NCBI GenBank assembly: GCA_012862495.1
Contig: BLSG01000275.1
Coordinates: 32,619 to 66,259, forward strand
DNA: 33,641 bases
Direction of reading: 5' to 3'
Origin: Thraustochytrium aureum
Taxonomy: Eukaryota
In this document: positions 22,019 to 31,654 of the stretch, piece after piece
Numbering within the stretch: position 1 is the stretch's first letter
How the letters are laid out: each line of letters opens with the position of its first letter
Made by a program: the position numbers and the translations under genes
The notes under the pieces: generated by a model
What the model was told of the DNA's origin: nothing
Seen by the model: only the letters and a program-made list of their open reading frames with translations
Databases searched by the model: none

Positions 22019-23011
22019 ATGGCTGGGAAAGGGATGCTGCGCCAGGCCGAGCTGCGCTGGGTTCGCGTTGCCGCGTACGCGGTGGTCGCGGTCTGCTTGT
22101 TGATTGTGTGGGTGGACGCCCGGCGTCTCGCTGCGCTCGCGGCGTACGAGTCGAGCCCGATTGATTGGTGTGGTGAGTAGGCGCGGCGGGGGCGGGGGCT
22201 CGGCGAGGCGCGCTCGTGCTGGGCCTGGCTAACGGGCGCCCGGTTCGCTTGCTTGGGCCGCGAAGAGACCAACTACCAAGTGCACGAAAGCGTGGCCGAG
22301 TTTTGGAACGCGGTCTCCTCCATCCCCATTGCTCTGGCTGCGCCGATGAGCTGGGCGCACGACCTCGTTCCTGCTCGCCTCTGGGTGGAGATCGGCAAGA
22401 TCCGGCTCATCTTCCTGCTCGTTGTGCTGATTGGCGTGGGGTCGACCTACTTTCACGCCACGCTCTCCGTTTTTGGGCAGATCATGGACGAAATGTCAAT
22501 TATCTGGCTTGTATTGTACGCCGGATTCCTGGTCATTCCCCAAGGAAGTCACAGGGTGTTGGTTGCTTCTGCGTTCCTGCGGCCGGTGTTTGTGGCGTTC
22601 ATCCTGGCTACTACCCTACTGGGCCTCCTTTCGCCGCTCTTGTCGCACGTGTTTGTCCTCAGCAGCTGCCCTTTCGGCCTCTTCGTGCTCACTCGAGCGT
22701 ATCGGCGCAGCAAGAACGCGCCCGCTCGGCACCGGTTTCGGGTCTCGCTACGGTTTTTCGCAGCAGCGTGTATCTGCTGGCTTATTGACAAGTTTGCCTG
22801 CGCGCAAATGCAGTGGATTGGCCAACTAACGGGCATCCAGCCGCAGCTCCACGCTGTCTGGCATTGCCTCGTTTCTGTCGTCGCGTACATAATGATCGGA
22901 GTGTGTGCCGAGTTTCGCGAGGAGAATCTGTTTGGCCGGTCAACCTCTGGGCCCCGTGCGGCCGTCGTCGCCGCAGAAGGGAGCCGCCTGAGCAAACTGG
23001 ACATTGTGTAA
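22019..23011 (+). CDS. Alkaline ceramidase (CREST superfamily), two exons (22019-22172 and 22266-23011)
   Basis: Splicing restores SSPIDWCE|TNYQVHESVAEFWN. Also has GVGSTYFHATL, DEMSI and HAVWH metal-binding motifs and multiple TM segments. Confidence 0.93.
22173..22265 (+). other. Spliceosomal intron (93 nt) with an AAG acceptor
   Basis: GTGAGT donor, GCTAAC branch site at ~22228 and AAG 3' end. Removal is required to build the conserved DWCE motif. Confidence 0.88.
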
Positions 23012-23293
23012 TTTGCGGCCCTCACACCGTTTCAAACTACAACGGTGGCTCCGCCAGGCTCTTCGAGGCTTGCTCTGCAGGGTGCAGACTCAACTAGCTC
23101 CGTTGCTCTTCGATTGACCTGGCAAATTGACGCGCCAAGCTGCGATCGCTGACCAGGAGAGACTCGACGGCCAGCATGACAGCCCAAGCCAAGCCCGGCG
23201 CAACGTTGATCGGAACCGCAAGAGGCGTTGCACGGTTGAGCTCCAGCTTGCATGTAGCAGAGGCCTCTTCTTTTGAAGAGATCTCGCCTGTAG

Positions 23294-23316
23294 TAGAGAG
23301 AGAGAGAGAGAGAGAG
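23294..23316 (+). repeat. (AG)n microsatellite
   Basis: agagagagagagagagagagag. Confidence 0.95.
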
Positions 23317-23599
23317 CTTGAGCTCAAGCCCAAGTGGCAGTCAGAGGTGGCTGTGATCTGGACGGGTGACGGCTTGAGACTGCTCGATCAGCGTTGTAGT
23401 CGATGCGTGGGGCATTGTGGCACCGTTGCGGATCCCAGCGACAAGAGGCACTCGCAAGTATACAGAGCATGGCGAGTAATCCTCGACCTTACAAATAGGA
23501 AGCTCGTTGCTGATTCTTTAGCCCTCACGGGGGACGCCCAAACCCCAACCCAGACAACAAACAAGCGCGATTGCGATTCCGCGGCCCACGAGCCACCCC

Positions 23600-26500
23600 T
23601 CACCCTAGAACGGAGCTCAAGTGGGCCGCAGTCTCGACAACCAGGTCCCCCAACATCATATCAGCAACCTGACAAATCACCTCCCACTCCTCGCGGTCGT
23701 AGCGCACCCAATCCGCATCGTACTCGTGCATTTCCTTGCAAACGACACTGTCCAGACGCTCGTAGGCATCCATGCCCCACGGCCCAGCTTGGTCGCCCGT
23801 CGTGTCCCCCAAGAGGACTGGCAAAACGGACGGGCCAGTGTCAACAGAGTCCCAGCGCAAGACGCGATTCAGCACGCTCGCCTCGAGCTCCACCAGCGGT
23901 GGCACCGGGAGTCGCGCTCGCATTGCTCGATGGTAGGGCGGGTGGATCCAGGGCCGCTCGCCCGCCTCGTCTCGGCTCCGCGCGCCGACAAGGACCTCGC
24001 GCAGCGCAACATTGACGAGGTCAAAGATCATCTTGTTGACGATCTGCAGAAACTCGGGATTCTCGTCGTCATCCTCCAGCTCAAGGAAGAAGTCGAGGTC
24101 GAGCGCGTCGCCAACGTCGTCCCCGCCGCCCTCTCCCTCGAGAGCGGCCGCGTCCTTCCACGCGCCCAAGACCTGTGACCCCCCCTTTTCGGCCACTTTC
24201 ACAAACACCTTTTGCACGTAGTTTGTCGTGTAGCCCGACCAGTCGAAAAAGCCTGCTTCCTCATCTTCCAGCCCTGCCGCGCTTGCCTCTTCCAAGCTCT
24301 CCTCGACAGCGCCATCGGGGACAGTCGCGCCGCCAGCCTGCGGCCAATCGTCAATCTCTGGGGCGGCCTCTTCCTCACTTTGCTTTACCCGAGCAGCATC
24401 ACGAGCCCCGTCTTCCGCCGAGCCATCCGCGCGGATGCACTGGCGGAGCAGGTCTGGCAGCAGCATGGCGGTGATGTCTTCCGCAAGCTGCGCTTTGTCT
24501 CTTCCATCAAAGCGCTTGCACCGTGCACCGCGGCCTCCGGCACGACGGTGCTAGTTGGTGCTGGCTCAGTCCGCCCAGCGCTGGTCTGCGCTCCCTCCGC
24601 CGCGTCGTCCTCATCGCTTGCAAAACTATCTGCAGCAAGCGTCGAGATCATGCCTGCAACTTCAGAGTCCTCGGCCTCATCCGATTCGCTGTCGCTTGCC
24701 ACATCCGGCAATCCTGTTTGCCCCGGGCAGGTGCATGTGCGGCGAGCCGGTTGTCTGCTGCGCGCTCGCTCGCTGGCTCGAGGGCAAACGCCGAGTCTTC
24801 CAGCTCCTCCTCTGGGCCAGCGTCTGCGGCGAACTTCCATTCGTCGCCTACAGGGATGGCGTCGGCGACGCCAGGCCCGCCAGGGCTTGTCGGAGAAGTT
24901 GCCGCAAGCGTGGCCCGCAAACGCGCGATTTCGGCGTCTGCCTGCTCGATCTCCCGCTCGAGTCGAGACTCGAGCGCTCGCTTCTCTTTTCGCGTCTGCC
25001 GCAAACCGTGCTTGCGACGCAGTCGGTCAAGCTCACTCGTTTTCAGCCCAAGAACGCCCTCGAGCTCGCCGATGCGGGCCACGCGGAGCTCGATGCTCCG
25101 TTGTGCGTCCAAATCACGGCTTGACATTGCCGAGAGCGCCCCGGCACTCGCAGACGCCGAAGGGCTCGTGTAAGCGTCTTCGTCCTCTTGGGAATGCCCG
25201 TCTGGCGCAGTGTCTTCTTGGCCCATAGGCGAGAAAACCTGCACGGCTGGCTCGGCGGCAGATTCAGCGGCGCTCGCGGCAGTCGCACAGCTCTGCTGGT
25301 TTGCAGACAAGGCTTCTTCCTCGTCCTCGAACGTCTCCCCTTCGTACGACTCTGCCTCCGAGGCGCCATCCTCCTCCACCTCGAGCACGTTGGACGTGGG
25401 GGACGCAAGAGTTGCTGATGCAGACCCAAGCGTTGCGACGCCGTCCGACCCAGCTGACGAGGCCACGCTGCGCGCGTGCTCCTCGTCGAATTCGCCCTCC
25501 TCGTCTGGAGAATAAAGGCAAGTGCCTTGCCCGTGGACCTCGTCGGCACTCGGGTCGCGCTCGTCACCCGAGCTGCTGCTGTCACTGACTTGTTCGGTCG
25601 GGGCAGAGGAATCGTCTCCTCCATCCTCCTTTCCTCCAGGGCTGCAGGCCCAAGGGCCGCCTCGGTCGAGGTCCTCGGGGCCCTCGTCCCCACGCGCTCG
25701 GTCGCCTCTCTCGCTATCTCGGTCGTCGTGGGATCCCTCGTGGCTCACCTGGCCTGTAGGGGAAGCTGGCGAGACCGGGGAGGTGAGGCGTGCGAGCTGG
25801 AAGGGGCCCCTGAAGAGGCCGCTGCCCGCGTCCGTGGGCGAGACCACGAGCCCACTCGGCGGGCTCGCCAGAGGAAACGAGCTGAGCAGGCCGTCGTTTC
25901 GCGCGTTGTCAAGGTCCGAGAGCTTGACCACCTTCTGGCGCTGCCGGTAAGACTCGGTCTCGCGCTGCATGCGCCGCAGCATCTGCGTCTGGCTGCGGAT
26001 GTTGAGCTCTTCGCGGTAGAAGCGCTCGTTCAGCGCCGCGCGGTCGCTCTCGATGGACGCTTGGTTCATCTTGAAAATGGTCTCGATGCGCTTTCGCTCG
26101 AGCTCCAGATTAACCTCGATGTCCTTTTGGGTGGGCATGCGGGTGTCCTTGGACCGTGGCGACTGGGAAGACGGCGACCCAGAGGCCCGCTTCTGCTTCT
26201 CTTTGAGCCACTGGATCATGAGACGTTTCTGGTGAATGAGCCACTTGAGCTGCTCGCGCGTTTTGGCGCGCAAGGCGCGCTCGCGCATCTGCAGCAGCTC
26301 CTGCTCGTGTTTTCGCCTGCTGCTCACATCGTGCTGGTAATTTTGAAGCAGGCGCTTGGTGAACTCCCGGAAGGAGCCGCCCGCAGGCGAGGCTGCCCCA
26401 GCCCCGCTCTTGGGGCTCGCTACAAAGCTGTCCCCCAGGTCAACACCCTCCCCCTCCAGCCCCTCTTCTCGCAGGAACGACTCGTCAGGGACCACTTCTC

Positions 26501-29500
26501 GAATGATGCGCTTCCGGTCTGTGTCTGTCTGCTCAGACACGCTCCCGACGTGGGCGTTTAGAAACTCGGCGTTCCGCGACTCTACAGAATCTCGCGCCAG
26601 CTCGTCACCGTCGAAGCTCGAGTACACCTCGTCGGCCGCGCTTGCAACGGTACTGGCTTCGCCGCTGGCGAGATCGTCCTCGGCTGCCTCAGCTGGCGCG
26701 GACGCGCTGTCGTCCAGTTCGCTTTGCGCGGCAGAGCCGCTCGTCGCCACGGAAGCGGCTTGGTCGCCTCGAAAGGGGCTTCCAGAGTCGCTGCCCCGCT
26801 TGAAGCCTTCGACGTCCGAGTATAGGGGTGATGACTCGGCTCGCTCGCTCGGCCTGGACGTGGCGCGCTCCGAATCGGCAAAATCAGATTCGTACGCGTC
26901 TTCTGTCCCCTCGCCATCGTCCACCTCGACCTCTTCCCGGATAGCGGCTCCAGCTTTGGCATCGCCGGCGGACCGCCCGCTCCGCGGCGCAAAACTCTGC
27001 CCGAGAGGCGATGTCGCCGTGCCGGCCTCACGACGGAACCCGACAAGCTCCCCAGGAAGCGGGGACGTCGAGCGTGTGGCCTGGTCGGGCTCTCGTTGGA
27101 GCGCTTCCACAGCCGCATCGGTCGTTGTGGCGCCAGGCCGCGGGTCGGTCGCGGTATCGCGGATCGAGGCGGGGGCGGTCTGTGCCCCAGACTCGCGCTG
27201 CCTTGCCTGGAGCAGCTCTTGCTCGAGGAGCTGCGCGTGCTTGCGCGCTTGCTCAACCTGCCGCTCCGCCTGCTCATTAATGTGCCCGCGGATCGCTGCG
27301 GTCTCTGCTTGCACGGCCTGGTGACTTGCGTGTTGGATACTGGCGATTTTGGCCATCTCGGCGGCTGCCCGCTTCTCGTCCTCCCAAGTCTGCACGAGCG
27401 CTGCGGTTTCGTGCTGTGCAAGCGCTAGCGCCTGAGTATGCTCCAGCTCGTTCAGCTGCTGGTGGGTCTGGTCGAGGGTCTCAAGCAGGTTGACATGGGC
27501 GAGAGCTTGCGGCGCAGCGAGCCCGGCGACAGCAGCCTCTGCTTTCGCTCGCTCCGCGGCGAGTTGCGCCGTCGCCCAGCGCGCTAGTGTCAAGCACAGG
27601 ACGCTTGTCCTCCTGCGGGACTTGCAGCAAGAGCTGGTCCCATTTGGCCTCCGTTGCGTCCTTCTCCTCCTCCTCAACAGCAGCACTTTGCGTAGTTGCT
27701 GTGGCGCCCTCGCTGCGGAGAGCGTCGGATGGAGAGCGCTGGCCGACGTTAGGGCTTGCCGGGAGGCGGCCTTGCCCTAGGGCATCTTCGTTGGGGCTTG
27801 CGCTTGCCTCAGCATGGTGAGCAATTTGCGCCTCCACGGCCTCCTCGGAGGATGTTGGCAGAGCACTTGGAAGCTCTGTGTGTTGTGGATCCTGGTCCAC
27901 GAGGTTGGGCTCGTCGACAAAATCGCTGTCCGAGTAGCTCTCGTCGTTCGAGCCAAGCGCCGCTTGTGACAGGGGACTCTGCAGCTCGGGGCGGCCTGTT
28001 TGTTTCAGCTCACTCGCGGCTTGAGGCAGTGGAACGGTAGCGGCACGGTGCATTTCGCTAGCCGCTGTTGGGCTGGCCGAGGCGCTCGTTCGCTCTGCCT
28101 CGCGTTGGCGAGCAAGTCGCTGCTGTGCAACGAGGTCGAGAAGCCCGAACGGGGATTTGCTCTGCATGTATTCGTCCAGCTGGCCCTTGCGCGAGGGCCA
28201 ACCCCGCCGGGGGGCTGGCACAGCCACAGGTGCGCCATGGGAGAACCGCGCTTGGTGTGGATCGCCAGGTTCCACATGCTGCGACTTTATCACCGGCACG
28301 CGCGAGACTGCGTGCTGGAGCATGGAGGCCGCAATGCGCTCTCCTTCCTCCTTGAGCATCAATAGGGCTTGCTCGGACGAGCTCTTTGCCGCGGGTTCGT
28401 GAGCCCTCGGGCTGCCTGCGCTTAGCGGCGAATCGGGGCAGGACGGGCGGCTTCCAACCGCACTCGCTGGCTCGGTGTCGCTTGCATAGGCGGATTCCAC
28501 CACCTTGGCTGCCAATGCAGGATCAGACAGACGGCAGACCCCTGGAGGGGGCGAGTCGGGCTGGACCGAGCCAGGAGTTGCAGCAAGGCCAGCGGAAACG
28601 CCACGCAGCGCGCGCAGCTCTGGCCTTGGCGTTGGCGGCTGACTCGTTAGAGAGCCAAATAGCTTGCGCTCGGCCTGCTGCACGATGAGGAGAGCGGCGC
28701 GCTGTGCTGCATCCCTAACAATAGAGCGGGCCTCCTCGTCCAGCTCAGAATCGCCGCTGCTGTCCTCGAGTCCACTGAAAGGTTCAAGGCCGTTGTCGGC
28801 CTCATCACTGCTCTCGACCTCTGTCGCGCTTTGGTCGCTCTTTGTGGCTTGCCTGCCTCGCCTCATCGCAGATCGGCTGACAAGGCGACGACTTGGCCGG
28901 CTTCCATTTGAGCTCGCCGACCCCGCCCCAGAACCACGCGACCGAACCGAGTCCGGAAGATCAGGGCGCGACTCCGCGACACCGCTTGCCCCAAGCGACG
29001 CAAATGGGGCGAACGATTGGCCGGGCGAAGAGAACGAGCGCAAATCGGTCGCGTCCAACGAGAGGGCCAACGCGTCTAGGCCACGATCGCTGGCCTTGTC
29101 GACCGATGCGTCGTCGGCCCCGCTGGCACTGCTGCCGGCCCGGTTGACCGAGCTCGCCCGGCTACGCGCCGCCAAATCGCCGAGAAACGCTTCTTGGTCC
29201 AGTCGTGCATCATTCCCATGCGGCCACGTTGGGCTCGGCGCGCTAAGCGAGCTGGACGCCCACAGAAGCTCGCGGTTAAGTCCAGCAGCGGCTCCCTTGT
29301 GCTTGCGAATCACAGAGGCGATCGCGCTTGCGTGGTTCGGCACGGCTGCGCGTGTGGCCGATTTCGAGGCGCTGCCTTCCAGGCCAAGTCCTGAGGCCAG
29401 CGCCACGCCTTGCCAGGGTGGGCGACGGCGAGCGCTGGACGTCGAGGTCTTCGACTTGGCTCGCTGCAGCGAATCGCCTGACGCCCTGCCCAAAGACCCT

Positions 29501-30381
29501 GAAGCAGTCCGCGTTCGTTGGTTGCTGAGCGATCGTCCGCGCGACGAGCTGATCTGGTCCAGCTCGTCGAGCTGATCCAAGATGCGCTTTTGGCGCTCAA
29601 GTGCCTCGAGGGCGCGCTCCTGCTCTGTCTGCTTTCGAACAAGCCGTTGACGCTTCATGAAGGCCAAAACCTCGCGCCGCTCGCGGGCTCTACCACCCGG
29701 CATCGTTTCCTCTGTACCCGATACGGAGCCGCGAGACCGTGGGCTCGGGGCGGGGGCGTCGCCGACGTAGAGGCGTTGCGGGTGCGCTTGAGCTTGGTCT
29801 GTGGCACGGGTGGCTTGCGCATGGCTTTGACGCGGCGCTCAAGGAGCGCTTGCCGCGCCGCGGGCACGTTCGACTTGTTCGACTTGCGTTTCTTGCGTGG
29901 CCGTTCGAGGCGCGGGACTGCGGGCTTGCGCGGCGCTGGGGCGCTCTCAGGTCTTGCCTCTGGCTGCCGGCGTGGCGCCCTTGGAGAGGCACTCGGCGAC
30001 GCTTCGCGCGAGCTGGAGCGCAAGCGCTGGTTGTGGATTCTGGTGACTTGTGCTTGGCGATCTAGGAAGGCCTTTCGCGCCATTTCGGCCTGTGAGCGCT
30101 GCTCCTTTTCGCGCTGCTGTTGCTTTATTGTGCTGGCGAGCGTCGATTGTGCTCGCGCCGTTGTGGCGGCCAGCTTTGCCTTTATTGACTTGTCTCTCTC
30201 TCGGCGCTCGATGTGCGCGCGAGCAATCTCCTCCTCCGCCACGTCCCGCCCCGGGAGCGCGGCGGGGCGGATGGCGACGCGTCCCGCAGCACCTTGCTGC
30301 ACGCCTGCGGCACCGGTTGCGAGGCGGCCTGTCAGGCGAGTCGAGGGTTGTGCGCGGTTTCTTGCGCGGCCTGTGCGAACA
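23600..30381 (-). CDS. CEP350: CEP350-like centrosomal protein (>2200 aa) with C-terminal DUF4378; 5' end in or beyond the gap; apparent frameshifts near 29715, 27576, 24722 and 24512
   Basis: ELEHTQALALAQHETAALVQ and FREFTKRLLQNY...HEQELLQMRERALRAKTREQLKWLIHQK resemble conserved CEP350 blocks. The C-terminus NKMIFDLVNVAL...WVRYDREEWEVICQVADMMLGDLVVET fits DUF4378. ORFs 29655-30860, 27481-29703, 24648-27686, 24385-24840 and 23600-24466 chain together. Confidence 0.75.
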
Positions 30382-30833
30382 NNNNNNNNNNNNNNNNNNN
30401 NNNNNNNNNNNNNNNNNNNNNNNNNNNNNNNNNNNNNNNNNNNNNNNNNNNNNNNNNNNNNNNNNNNNNNNNNNNNNNNNNNNNNNNNNNNNNNNNNNNN
30501 NNNNNNNNNNNNNNNNNNNNNNNNNNNNNNNNNNNNNNNNNNNNNNNNNNNNNNNNNNNNNNNNNNNNNNNNNNNNNNNNNNNNNNNNNNNNNNNNNNNN
30601 NNNNNNNNNNNNNNNNNNNNNNNNNNNNNNNNNNNNNNNNNNNNNNNNNNNNNNNNNNNNNNNNNNNNNNNNNNNNNNNNNNNNNNNNNNNNNNNNNNNN
30701 NNNNNNNNNNNNNNNNNNNNNNNNNNNNNNNNNNNNNNNNNNNNNNNNNNNNNNNNNNNNNNNNNNNNNNNNNNNNNNNNNNNNNNNNNNNNNNNNNNNN
30801 NNNNNNNNNNNNNNNNNNNNNNNNNNNNNNNNN
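30382..30833. other. Assembly gap (N run)
   Basis: Run of N. Confidence 1.
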
Positions 30834-31074
30834 CGCTGCGCACTCGCGTCTCCCACACAACTGCCATCACTCGATCGGAACTCACGCGCACCCGCGGTAG
30901 TGCCTCGAAACAGGTCCGTCCCTATGACGTGACAGTGAGGGCACGTGACGTGATTCTGTTGAGGACCGCGGCGCCTGCAGCTGGCGCGCGTTGCTGTTGC
31001 GAGCGAGGCTCGGGATGTGTCCTCGGCAGGAGTACGCCATCATAATGGATGATCATGCAGGCTTCGTCTGGTTG

Positions 31075-31259
31075 GATCTGGCTGCTCCGCCAAAATTCGA
31101 TTGTCACGGACGTTTCGTTTCAGCTTCGGAAGGCCATCACCCGCCCGGCGCTTCGCCATCTTCCGACATTTCGTTGCCAGTCTGGCTTCTACGGGACTCG
31201 TCTGGGGGCTCTTCACCACACGGCCGCAGTCGCGCCGCGCAGAGATGTCCCGTCACAGG
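31075..31259 (+). repeat. Dispersed non-coding repeat, copy 3
   Basis: GGAAGGCCATCACCCGCC, TTCGCCATCTTC (31152-31163), GCCAGTCTGGCTTCTACGGGACT and CGCGCAGAGATGTCCCGTCACAGG. Confidence 0.85.
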
Positions 31260-31654
31260 AGTCTTCATTCCGTCGATGCTCCGTTCACCTTTTTGAGGTC
31301 GAGCCTCTGTCGTTTCCTAAATCATGGCTGCTATCGGTCATCTGGGAGGGACCTGTGACTCGCAGCTGGCTTCGTCCATACGGGGGCTGGTCAGGATCCT
31401 CTCCAGCGAGCCGGCGAGACGCGCGTAGGTATTGATGCTGCCTAGCCCATTTCGTTCGTTGTGTCGCTTTCGAGTTGAAACTTTGTCCATGTTCATTGTT
31501 CATGAAGTCGAAACAAGACAAACGAAGGAAAGAAGCGCTCGCGCTTGGCTTGTGCGCCGCATCAGGACAGAGCCGATTTGCGCACTTCGGGCGGGTCTTT
31601 GCTTGTGTTTCCAGCGCTTTGCGAGCTCGGCAGGCAGGCAGGCAGGCAGGCAAG

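Noticed and set aside
23032..23603. Short ORFs around the (AG)n microsatellite
   Set aside because: They read through a microsatellite in a convergent intergenic region and show no domain evidence.
25476..30381. Long plus-strand ORFs (25476-26561, 26356-27324, 28664-29575, 29518-30900)
   Set aside because: Antisense shadows of the GC-rich CEP350-like coding sequence.
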